Origin: a virus
DNA: 42,561 bases
Virus genome (UHGV): UHGV-0163196
Strand: one strand, 5' to 3'
Part shown: piece by piece, positions 9,418 through 17,696 of the stretch
Numbering within the stretch: position 1 is the stretch's first letter
Layout of the letters: the number at the start of each line of letters is the position of its first letter
Program-made: the position numbers and the translations under genes
The notes under the pieces: generated by a model
What the model saw: the letters and a program-made list of their open reading frames with translations, nothing else
Databases searched by the model: none
What the model was told of the DNA's origin: nothing

Positions 9418-9858
9418 TTAAAACTCCCCGAGAAGCTGGTCAATCTTGCCGCAGTCGAATACCCAGGCGACGGTTCCGCCCTCTTTAGCGTTATTGAAAT
9501 CAGGCTGTTTCTGGAATGCACACGAACGCGCAGTAGAAATATCACCCGATGCCGTGTTGCGAATGACGATCACGTTATTGCCCCAGGTGGCAGAGGACTG
9601 GCTTTGCGCGTTATACGCCAGAGACAGCTTTTTATTCACCGGGGAGGTTTTGAGTAGCGTCACCGTAATGGTGCCTGACTTATCGGCGTGCAGGCTGTGC
9701 ATCACCTCGCCGTCGGCACCGATGGTCATGGTGTTTTTGTTGCCGCCCATGGTCTGGGTGATACCTTCCTCAGAGTTCGCAGAACCCTGACCAAGATCGA
9801 TAACGCCGGTCGGCCCGGTGAGCGACGCGGTTACATCGAGAAAAGAATAAGTTGCCAT
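9418..9858 (-). CDS. Tail tube protein (putative)
   Basis: 146 aa ORF immediately downstream of the sheath-like gene. Confidence 0.5.
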   Translation of the reverse strand: MATYSFLDVTASLTGPTGVIDLGQGSANSEEGITQTMGGNKNTMTIGADGEVMHSLHADKSGTITVTLLKTSPVNKKLSLAYNAQSQSSATWGNNVIVIRNTASGDISTARSCAFQKQPDFNNAKEGGTVAWVFDCGKIDQLLGEF

Positions 9859-9868
9859 TTATCGCTCC

Positions 9869-11029
9869 TTAGCGAACCACGTTGATCTGCACATCGGCGT
9901 AATGAACTGCGCCAGCCAGCTTACAAGCCACCTGGATTAACGGCGCTTTGCGTGCTTCTCGGTCAGCCTGTGCTTGCTCGGAAAGAGGTTGCGCATACAC
10001 GTAATAACCTTTTGTCAGCGTATCGCCGGAATTCAGTTGCCCGATAGGGCCACCATTCCACACGCCAGCCGCTACCAGACCGTTCGTGACGGACTGATCC
10101 ATGGACTGTTCAACGTTGGAAAGCAGACGGGTCACACCGGCATCAGTCTGCGGAATTTTGGTGGTGCTGGTGTAAAGCAGGTTATAGAGGTTGGTCTGAA
10201 CGTAGTTCTGCAACCAGTCGAGCCCGTGGCGCTCGTCGAAGAAGTCACCGTTCGCCATGACACCCTGTTGCAGGATCGCCGTGTCGTTGGCGTAGTACAC
10301 GAACACGTTCGCATTCTTCGCATCCACAGCCGCCGCCTGTCCTACCGTCAGCGTTTCGTAGGTTACGCTCGGTTCCTGTTTGAATTTCAGGGTAATGGTG
10401 GTATTGCTGCCGTTGAAATTGACAGTAAACGCGCGACCGAAAGCTGAAACCGCCGCATAAGGGCTGCTGGTGGAATATTGAATAAAGGTACGGGAATACT
10501 TACCGGCCTTTAATTTAGACGCAACATCGGTCGTCGAAGTCGTGCTGATGATCTCAGCGTCGGCTGACGTTACCCCGAAAATGCGGCTCAGGCTGGACGC
10601 TTCGATGAGTTTAGCAACCTCAATCACGTCGTCAGCATCAAGCACATCATCGCCATCAGCAACATCATCAGCGACAACCAGCCCATACCAGTTGGTATAC
10701 TGCAGGCAGGCATTAACAGCTTGCACGATGGTTTCCACGCTTCCACCTTCGGAAGAGGTCAGCGTCTTCGCCCAGCGGCCAACATAAACCTGCGTCGGCT
10801 TCGGCGACTGGCTGAAGAAAACCTGCGCCGCTTCATATTCCGGGCTGTCGACTCCGAAGTCCTCGCCAATGTCATCAACGGACGCATAAAGGCGAACGCG
10901 CTCCTGCACCGGAATGACAGTGGAAGAACCGAGGATCAGCAGTGCGCCGAAGTTACGACCAGTAGCCGCTTTCGGCGAGATGATCACATCAACGTTTACA
11001 ACGTTGGATACAGGTAAGCCCTGCGTCAT
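9869..11029 (-). CDS. Tail sheath protein (putative)
   Basis: 386 aa ORF upstream of tube, chaperone and tape measure genes; resembles short sheath-like proteins of P2/Mu-unrelated myovirus prophages. Confidence 0.55.
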   Translation of the reverse strand: MTQGLPVSNVVNVDVIISPKAATGRNFGALLILGSSTVIPVQERVRLYASVDDIGEDFGVDSPEYEAAQVFFSQSPKPTQVYVGRWAKTLTSSEGGSVETIVQAVNACLQYTNWYGLVVADDVADGDDVLDADDVIEVAKLIEASSLSRIFGVTSADAEIISTTSTTDVASKLKAGKYSRTFIQYSTSSPYAAVSAFGRAFTVNFNGSNTTITLKFKQEPSVTYETLTVGQAAAVDAKNANVFVYYANDTAILQQGVMANGDFFDERHGLDWLQNYVQTNLYNLLYTSTTKIPQTDAGVTRLLSNVEQSMDQSVTNGLVAAGVWNGGPIGQLNSGDTLTKGYYVYAQPLSEQAQADREARKAPLIQVACKLAGAVHYADVQINVVR

Positions 11030-11032
11030 AGT

Positions 11033-11638
11033 TTATTCTCCAAAAAAGGTGACTGGCGCTTCCACCAGCGATTTAATGCCGTACTCGCGCACGACCTTCC
11101 GGCGCAGGCGCACCGTCATGTCGTAGCGGCGAACCCATTGCTGGTTGATAAGTTCGGGGAAAGGGGTCAGACCGGTATAGTCGCCCAGAGACAAACCAAG
11201 CGCGTTCAGCTCAGCATTGTTTTGCGGGACAGATATGCCATCGCGAAAACGGGACGCATAAGACATACCAGCCGGGCCATAGAACGACGCCATGCACTCG
11301 AACGTTTCATGCCGCCAGAGCTGAGCGCCCTCGTCGGTCTGATTGGTGAATGCAGGACTGTTATCAATGGGCCACCCGGTAACGCCGAACGCACACCAGT
11401 TCGTTTCAACTGACGGTAGTGATGGCTGTTCTTTCTGCCAGCGCGGGCGAACCATCCCCGCAGGCAAGCCGGAAACATTGCGCATCCATCGGCTTAGCAG
11501 CCTGTCGAGCGCTTCGTCATAATCAGGATCGCCGCTGGTGGGTGTCAGCCAGCCGCGCTCTGTGCTGGTGTTATTGCTCAACGGGAGTTCCCCCATCAAA
11601 CGGCAGTAATTCGCAATGTGCCTGGACAAAGCCAGCAC
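11033..11638 (-). CDS. Structural protein (tail completion/neck; start uncertain)
   Basis: 201 aa ORF in the head-tail joining block; overlaps the upstream gene, so an internal start is likely. Confidence 0.35.
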   Translation of the reverse strand: MLALSRHIANYCRLMGELPLSNNTSTERGWLTPTSGDPDYDEALDRLLSRWMRNVSGLPAGMVRPRWQKEQPSLPSVETNWCAFGVTGWPIDNSPAFTNQTDEGAQLWRHETFECMASFYGPAGMSYASRFRDGISVPQNNAELNALGLSLGDYTGLTPFPELINQQWVRRYDMTVRLRRKVVREYGIKSLVEAPVTFFGE

Positions 11639-11960
11639 CGTAAGCCGTGTACGGGTCGACGAATGTCACACGATAATCACGGTTCTGGTACGTCACGATA
11701 TCGGCATCACGGCCAGTCTGCCCCTGCGTCAGCCGCTCAGTTGTCACGATGAGAATCGCGCCACTGATAACCTGGCCGGACTGCATACGTCGGTTTTCGA
11801 GAGAGCGGTCAACGGTAACAACTCCGGCAAACTGCGTTTTAACTTCGCTGTCGCTGCCGATCCCGTCCTCGTCCACCGTTTGCGCGCGACGCGTTACCCA
11901 CAGGTTGAAGTCGCAAAAATCGGGGTCAAAAAGTACGTCCGTCACATCAAGATTCGGCAT
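11571..11960 (-). CDS. Head-tail joining protein (putative)
   Basis: 129 aa ORF in the operon between capsid and sheath genes. Confidence 0.35.
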   Translation of the reverse strand: MPNLDVTDVLFDPDFCDFNLWVTRRAQTVDEDGIGSDSEVKTQFAGVVTVDRSLENRRMQSGQVISGAILIVTTERLTQGQTGRDADIVTYQNRDYRVTFVDPYTAYGAGFVQAHCELLPFDGGTPVEQ

Positions 11961-12501
11961 CTTTATCCCTCACAACATGGGTAATGGCTCTGCGATATTG
12001 CCCGGTGTCAATTAGCGGTTTCACCAGGTCGGTTCCGGGAGACTCGCCAGCAGCGCGCCGCGCAAGTTCCGCTTTTGCCCCTTTGCGGCCACGGCGTGCA
12101 CGGGCTTCAACGGTGCTATCAGCAAGCGGTGTAAAGCCGGTAATGGTCATGTAACTCCTGACGCCATTCGCGGCCAGCGTTCCGGCGCGGTTAAGCGCTC
12201 TTTCTGCACCCGCCGCATTTCCATCAAGCGCAGCCTGCGCCGCTGCTTTGAGCTGCGGCACCGTCTGTTCCTCTACGGATTTAACGCCGGGGATCAGGTG
12301 CGGGCGTGGGGGTATGTTTTGCGCTGGTGAGCCGTATTCGTTGACGTAACCGATCCCGGCATTACCAAACGGAACATCCTCACGCTCGCTGTCTTCTTCC
12401 GGGATGCCGACCAGCACATCCTTTTTGGTTAGCGACCTGAGCGCATCCAGAATGGCCTGAGCGTTATCCACCCTCGTTGTTACACCGCTTTTGAAACTCA
12501 T
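11947..12501 (-). CDS. Virion morphogenesis/head completion protein (putative)
   Basis: 184 aa ORF with Ala/Arg-rich C-terminus, within the structural operon. Confidence 0.35.
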   Translation of the reverse strand: MSFKSGVTTRVDNAQAILDALRSLTKKDVLVGIPEEDSEREDVPFGNAGIGYVNEYGSPAQNIPPRPHLIPGVKSVEEQTVPQLKAAAQAALDGNAAGAERALNRAGTLAANGVRSYMTITGFTPLADSTVEARARRGRKGAKAELARRAAGESPGTDLVKPLIDTGQYRRAITHVVRDKDAES

Positions 12502-12941
12502 AGCTGGCGACCGCCCGCACCGAACATCGTGATCAGCTGATAAAATTCAGCGCCGTATCGGGTGTTATTCCAGAAGCCAGCGTCAGGGTTTAGCGTCGCG
12601 CTGGTGTCATAGCTGACGCTTACCTTGTCAACGGACTTGGAGGACTGCACACCATTGGTTGAACCGCCCGGGCCGCCAACCAGCATTGCCCGGCTATCTG
12701 CCGCCCATAGCGTCATGTAGTGAGCCACGAACAACTCGGCAAAATACGGAAACAACTCTTTGCCGGTGGCGTTTTCGCTCAGCAGCACATCGGCCAGATT
12801 CAGACGAAACTGGATTTGTGCTTCGGGATATTTGGCAGGGTCAGCAAACTGCGGGAAGTCGCGGCGAAAATCACTTACTGTTGGCAGGCTTTGATTCTTT
12901 GGCATCTTTCGCCCCATTACCGCCAGTCTGGGCGGCAGCAA
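12498..12941 (-). CDS. Head-tail connector protein (putative; start probably internal)
   Basis: 147 aa ORF in the structural operon; the upstream overlap suggests a start at an internal Met. Confidence 0.35.
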   Translation of the reverse strand: MLPPRLAVMGRKMPKNQSLPTVSDFRRDFPQFADPAKYPEAQIQFRLNLADVLLSENATGKELFPYFAELFVAHYMTLWAADSRAMLVGGPGGSTNGVQSSKSVDKVSVSYDTSATLNPDAGFWNNTRYGAEFYQLITMFGAGGRQL

Positions 12942-13260
12942 TCTGCGCTTGCAGGCTGTCGTTCTGCTCTTGCAGCTTGAGCAGCGCTTCTTTCAGATCG
13001 GCAATCAGCTGATCTTTATCGACAATCTGCTTATCTTTGTCGGCAATCTGCGCTTGCAGGCTGTCGATAATGGGTTGCAGATCATCGGTGTCGCTAATCA
13101 CGCTTTCGGAAAGCTCAGAATGCGCCTGGGTGAACCAGTGCGACGCGACCTCTTCCGGTACGTTATGCCGTCCCCGGCCAAACTCCCTTTTTGACTGATC
13201 GCCGAGCGTCAGCGTAAACGGGGTGTGAACATGGATGGTAACCAGCTTTTCTTTCGCCAT
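12871..13260 (-). CDS. Coiled-coil structural protein (decoration/head fibre candidate)
   Basis: 129 aa; C-terminal repeats ([22 protein letters not shown]) encoded by DNA direct repeats; follows the major capsid gene. Confidence 0.4.
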   Translation of the reverse strand: MAKEKLVTIHVHTPFTLTLGDQSKREFGRGRHNVPEEVASHWFTQAHSELSESVISDTDDLQPIIDSLQAQIADKDKQIVDKDQLIADLKEALLKLQEQNDSLQAQIAAAQTGGNGAKDAKESKPANSK

Positions 13261-13301
13261 TTTCAGTTCCCTTCTGGCCCCTTTCGGGGCCGTTCTGGTT
13301 A

Positions 13302-14243
13302 TCAGATACCGTCCACGTAGGACAGGGTTTCTTTGTACACTGGCTCAACCGCACCGAGCTTGCCGTAGTAGGTCGCAATCTGATACAGACCGCGATACTG
13401 GACAGGAACGCTTTGCAACGGCACCAGCGGATAGCGCACGTATTTCTTGTCGTTGGTGTAGGCGATCATACGGTCTTTACCGCCAACCCCACGCCCTTTC
13501 AGCCATTTGACCGCTTTGATTTCAAGCGGAACGCCGTTCTGGTGGAAAGCGATAGTGTTCACAGCCAGATAGGTCAGCAGTGACTGGTTACCCGCTTCGG
13601 AAACCTTACGGCTCGCCAGCAGTGAATACTGCTCTGGCGGAATGCGCAGATCAGAAGGCACGATGGAATAACCGGATGCTGCCCAGGCATTAGACAGAAT
13701 GCTGTTCACGCTATCGAGGATCTCGTCGTTGGTTGAGTTCGCCCAGATCTTCGGCGCGTTGTTCAGCGTCACACCGACGAGGTTTGCCAGACCTTTCAGG
13801 CCGAGTGCGTCATCACCGATGTAAACCTGCTCGTCGTTGTCCATCTGCCATTTGAGCTGCATCCCGTCGTACTTCTGGGTATCAATCGGGCGGCCTACCT
13901 GCTGAGCAGCTGCCAGCTCTACAACGGTCCAGCCCAGTTCCATACCCCAGAGGTTCAGTGGATTGCCGTCTTTGCTGATATCCACGTTCACGCCAGCAAT
14001 AGCGGTGGAGTCTTTGCCTACCCAGTTTTTACCGTTCGGATTTGCGCCAGTACCCGCAGCGCCAAAACTGGTGTTAGTCCAGCTGGAAATGTCATCTGCG
14101 ATAGAAACGTCTTCACGCAGCTGAATATCGCGGGTCCAGGTGTAACCCACCAGCGGCAGATTCAGCGTCTGGTCGAGTCGCTCCAGCTCCCCGATGAGAA
14201 AGGCACCAGAGCTATCAACGGTTGCCTGATCAAAAGTAATCAT
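13302..14243 (-). CDS. Major capsid protein (putative)
   Basis: 313 aa ORF, the largest in the head block, preceded by a 160 aa decoration/scaffold-like ORF. Confidence 0.6.
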   Translation of the reverse strand: MITFDQATVDSSGAFLIGELERLDQTLNLPLVGYTWTRDIQLREDVSIADDISSWTNTSFGAAGTGANPNGKNWVGKDSTAIAGVNVDISKDGNPLNLWGMELGWTVVELAAAQQVGRPIDTQKYDGMQLKWQMDNDEQVYIGDDALGLKGLANLVGVTLNNAPKIWANSTNDEILDSVNSILSNAWAASGYSIVPSDLRIPPEQYSLLASRKVSEAGNQSLLTYLAVNTIAFHQNGVPLEIKAVKWLKGRGVGGKDRMIAYTNDKKYVRYPLVPLQSVPVQYRGLYQIATYYGKLGAVEPVYKETLSYVDGI

Positions 14244-14254
14244 TCGTCTGTTCC

Positions 14255-14737
14255 TTAAATCTTCCAGGAGATTTCTGCATTGCCGTTAGCGTCACCGGCC
14301 CCTGTGAATTCGGCGTTGGTCAGCGCCACGTTTTTGCCACTGACGGACGTGGACATGAAGCCGCCCAGCGGCACTTTGATGGATTCATCAGTGGAGACGA
14401 CAACGTATACCGGGTCGCCTTTTTTGATGGTGCTGGCATCAAAATCAGAACCGAGATTAACGGTCATGTAGCCACGCTTCATGGCGTCACCCGGGAAGTT
14501 CTTATCCGTCCCCACCTGGCGAACCATGTCTGGCTGCGATGTGGTCGGATACGGACGAACGTAGATCCCCTTCACCTTGTCGGCGGTGTCACCGTCCGCC
14601 AGCGGCACGAAAAAGCCGTCAGCGTCATATTTGCCAGCCAGACCATAGGCAGCGAAGGCGTTAGCGGATTTAAGGATCACCGGTTCGACGGTTAAGTCCT
14701 GCGGGCGAGAGATAGCCCCGGCAATGCCAACAGGCAT
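14255..14737 (-). CDS. Head decoration or scaffold-like structural protein
   Basis: 160 aa ORF immediately upstream of the major capsid gene; first helper gene left of the inserted island. Confidence 0.45.
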   Translation of the reverse strand: MPVGIAGAISRPQDLTVEPVILKSANAFAAYGLAGKYDADGFFVPLADGDTADKVKGIYVRPYPTTSQPDMVRQVGTDKNFPGDAMKRGYMTVNLGSDFDASTIKKGDPVYVVVSTDESIKVPLGGFMSTSVSGKNVALTNAEFTGAGDANGNAEISWKI

Positions 14738-14969
14738 CCGGTACAGGAATGCAAGGCTATTATTTAATCACCTGAAATATAAGGGTTTATTTGCAGTCTG
14801 ATTTTGCGTGTAGTCCATAGGCTGCTCTGTGATGTATGTCGCTGAATGGGGTAAGTTACTCAATAACAGATCTGTAGGATTTACAGGGGATTTCAATATG
14901 CAAGCTGTGCCACCAGCCCATTAGCGAACGGCGCTATTTTCCGCGCGTGACGTGTCACGGCGCTGGTGG

Positions 14970-15443
14970 TTATCCCATGAATTTGCGGTATACCTCCCCG
15001 GCTTCTTCGGCGGTTAGGTTCGTTGTTTCCGTTCTGATCGGACCACCATCCTTACCCGTTGTTTCAACCTTTAATTTGTTGGTGTAAGCGTCCCCGCACT
15101 CTTTCGCGGCCTGTTCGATAAGCTGTGCTGTTAATGCGTAATTCTTGATTGCCTCTGCACGGTTCGCCATGCGATCGAGCATACGCAGCCGGTACGCTTT
15201 GTTAGCGATAGGGATATCGGATATTTCACTCTGGAAGCGGGCGCGAGTGTGATTAAAGAGTTCTACCCATTTTTGGCTAAGATTTTTAGCCATTGTATTT
15301 TCAGGGTTGTAGGCCGATATCTGTTGCCGGGTAACAACGATGCCAAAATCTTGTTTTACAAGTTCGACGATTCTGGAAGGGGGTTCATAGCAAGCTAATG
15401 ATTGAATAATCATAACCTTAGCCATTGTTGGTAATGCCGCCAT
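14970..15443 (-). CDS. Small terminase-like protein (Sf6 gp1-like; candidate packaging-redirection factor)
   Basis: 157 aa; C-terminus KLKVETTGKDGGPIRTETTNLTAEEA resembles the Sf6 gp1 terminus (…VGKDGGAIQIETSP…); lies far from terL, inside the island. Confidence 0.55.
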   Translation of the reverse strand: MAALPTMAKVMIIQSLACYEPPSRIVELVKQDFGIVVTRQQISAYNPENTMAKNLSQKWVELFNHTRARFQSEISDIPIANKAYRLRMLDRMANRAEAIKNYALTAQLIEQAAKECGDAYTNKLKVETTGKDGGPIRTETTNLTAEEAGEVYRKFMG

Positions 15444-15535
15444 TGTTCACCTTTTGACAAAGGAAATAAAAGTAGCGTGCTGAGTTCTGCCCCTGCACCG
15501 CTACTTAAAGTTACAGATCACGTCATGGGTAGCTA

Positions 15536-16108
15536 TCACTCGCTCTCCAGATCCTCAAGAGAGAAGCAAATATGCTGTGTTGAAACAAAATAGCTCAGCA
15601 TGCTGCTTACCTTGTTTGACGCGACGTAATTATAATGCTCGACCATCTTTGCTAACGCGATAATCTCCCACCAGTAATGCTTAACTAGCTTTAGCGAAAT
15701 TAAATAAGCCCGGCTATAGAGCTTGTCGCAATCATCTCCTGTTGCGCCTTGGTTCCTGTATTGCTCAAGCACTTTCCGAATATCGCTGGCGTCTCCTTTC
15801 CCTCCATTTTCCAGTAGTTTTTCAGGTGGTTCGCCTGAGTAAAGGTGTTGTGCCATTACGCCAGAAAAAGAGACGACCATCTGCGCCAGTTCATCTTTTC
15901 TGACGGGGAGATGTGAGCATACCGCCCGGCAATTATCGACCTCTTTGCCGTTAGCCAGTCGAGCAATACGAAACTCATCAGCAATAGATATCTCAATTTG
16001 CCTAGCACCCGTAAACCACGCAGCCATCGCGTGACCGGCTTCATGGATCGCGATATTTCTGTCCCACATAGGGCTTTTGCTGAATTCAACAATTACGCCA
16101 TCACTCAC
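15536..16108 (-). CDS. Standalone HExxH zinc metallopeptidase-like protein
   Basis: 190 aa with the motif IAIHEAGHAMAAW (HEAGH, as in FtsH/M41 and ImmA-like peptidases) and no ATPase domain. Confidence 0.5.
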   Translation of the reverse strand: MSDGVIVEFSKSPMWDRNIAIHEAGHAMAAWFTGARQIEISIADEFRIARLANGKEVDNCRAVCSHLPVRKDELAQMVVSFSGVMAQHLYSGEPPEKLLENGGKGDASDIRKVLEQYRNQGATGDDCDKLYSRAYLISLKLVKHYWWEIIALAKMVEHYNYVASNKVSSMLSYFVSTQHICFSLEDLESE

Positions 16109-16170
16109 GCTGCTTACTCTCCGTTAGATCTGTCATTTAGTTAAATTGAACTGCGTTGGGGGAGTCTCCA

Positions 16171-16350
16171 TCACACACTCCCTTCAACTGCTATTGATTC
16201 CAGCGCCTTAGCCACCAGCCCACGAGCAATTTGATGGACAGACGGCGCGACGCCAATATCGGAGCGCTGGCGTTCGCGCTCCTGGATCTTGCAGATTGCG
16301 GCGAACTGGTCGCCAGAGAGTAATACCGGCTTAACGTTTGGCTTTTTCAT
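16171..16350 (-). CDS. Small hypothetical protein (59 aa)
   Basis: Internal start MKKPNVKPVLLSG… of the 112 aa track ORF; the other reading would overlap the upstream 64 aa gene. Confidence 0.3.
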   Translation of the reverse strand: MKKPNVKPVLLSGDQFAAICKIQERERQRSDIGVAPSVHQIARGLVAKALESIAVEGSV

Positions 16351-16525
16351 CCTGTTCACTCCAGAACTTTGCATTCGCTTCGTTGACTTTTTCCAGATTG
16401 CGGCATTCGTTGTTGAAGTTGTTGCGCATCCGCAATTGCTCGGCCTGTTCACGGCCAAAGAGTTTACGCCCGGCGCTTTGCGGGTTTCCTGCAGCCAATT
16501 TCGGGTCATAAATAGCCATGCTCAT
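16331..16525 (-). CDS. Small basic hypothetical protein (64 aa)
   Basis: ATG preceded by AAGGAG with good spacing; lysine/glutamate-rich and probably helical. Confidence 0.4.
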   Translation of the reverse strand: MSMAIYDPKLAAGNPQSAGRKLFGREQAEQLRMRNNFNNECRNLEKVNEANAKFWSEQDEKAKR

Positions 16526-16531
16526 TGCTCC

Positions 16532-17095
16532 TTACTTCGTGCGATGCCAGAAACTGGCGTTATCGGTGTTAATGCTGCGAATGGCGTCGCCTGTGGAGAG
16601 AATCTTCGGTGAAACGTTGTTAACTCGCATGTAGTCGCCAACCTGCTCCAGAACGTCGATAGCCTGATCAAGCTGAATCTCTGATAGCGGGGTCGGATGT
16701 ACCGCACTGAATGCCTCAGCGGGTGCGTAACGCAGCACATCAAGCGCAACAAGGCGAGGATCGGTATCAGGAAGGGCGTTGTCATACTTTGGTGCTACAG
16801 CGCGTACCAGGCGCATAAATTCAGCGTCCATTGCCGTTGGTGCGGTAGAGGTGGGAGAAGCGCCGCTGCCACTACGTGTAATCATGTCACTATCGCGGGT
16901 GTACATCCGGCGCAAGCGGTCTCCGGTTGCAATGCGTGTTGCACGTTCCTGCTTAAGCGTCGTTGCAAGATTCGCAATGACGAGAGCCACAGGAAGCGAG
17001 CAGGTCAGCCTTTCGAACGTATCATCGGAGTAAGTCACCTCGACGGTACCACCAGCGTTATCACTTTCCAGATTAACATTGGTTATCTGTTTCAT
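16532..17095 (-). CDS. Hypothetical protein (187 aa), first gene of the island's left module
   Basis: ORF following a promoter-like AT-rich region at 17100-17250; no recognisable motif. Confidence 0.45.
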   Translation of the reverse strand: MKQITNVNLESDNAGGTVEVTYSDDTFERLTCSLPVALVIANLATTLKQERATRIATGDRLRRMYTRDSDMITRSGSGASPTSTAPTAMDAEFMRLVRAVAPKYDNALPDTDPRLVALDVLRYAPAEAFSAVHPTPLSEIQLDQAIDVLEQVGDYMRVNNVSPKILSTGDAIRSINTDNASFWHRTK

Positions 17096-17378
17096 TGTTC
17101 ATAACCTTTTGCGTTGTTTAAATTCTGATCATTGCATAAATTGCAACATTAGTAAATATCATTGCGCATATTGAAATGGCAAATCGACGTGATACTATGA
17201 CGGTGATCCACCATTGTGTGATTGCATAAACATGGTTATCAAAAGCCCTCGCCTCTCCAGCGCGGGCTTTTTCTTTTCCGCTCCGCAAAGTTGCCGTTTC
17301 CGCATACTTTCACTTAGGCGACGCCCCTCCAAATTCGTAATTACTCTCCGAAAAAACTCTATAGATAAGCAAAAACAT

Positions 17379-17675
17379 GTTGGTTCAGTTGGTTCAGTTG
17401 GTTCAATTTGTAAAGATTGTTGTTTTATAAGGATTATTTCTTTCAGAGTGAACCAACAAAGCCCCGTTTTGAACCAACAAACGCTATTTTCGTGTTGGTT
17501 CAGTGGGAAAGATTTACAGGCCAGCCAGAAAAAGGCGTTGGTTCAATAGCGGCATTTGTTGGTTCAAAATGGGCGTTTGTTGGTTCGGTGTTGGTTCACT
17601 TACAAGCATGTAAATGCATTAAATACATACACTTATATTAATTAAATAGTTACTGAACCAACTGAACCAACAAAA
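17379..17675. repeat. Iteron cluster: candidate satellite replication origin
   Basis: At least 12 copies of the core TTGGTTCA in both orientations (for example 17379-17405 tandem, 17449-17457, 17470-17478, 17494-17502, 17654-17670), interspersed with AT-rich DNA, immediately downstream of the primase-helicase gene. Confidence 0.7.
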
Positions 17676-17696
17676 AAACATCTCGTATGTGTGTTT

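Noticed and set aside
14738-14970. att direct repeats or a tRNA gene at the island junctions (also examined 27024-27237)
   Set aside because: Only 6-8 bp matches (for example TTTGCGGT, GGTACAG) were found by eye, and no tRNA-like T-loop or acceptor motifs; boundaries remain unresolved rather than absent.
17214-17641. Plus-strand ORFs (111 and 74 aa) across the satellite iteron region
   Set aside because: They span iterons and AT-rich DNA; the repeats explain the open frames and the translations are low complexity.
17379-17675. Possible CRISPR array (short repeats)
   Set aside because: Repeats are only 8-9 bp, occur in both orientations with irregular spacing and no spacer-like uniform units; consistent with replication iterons.
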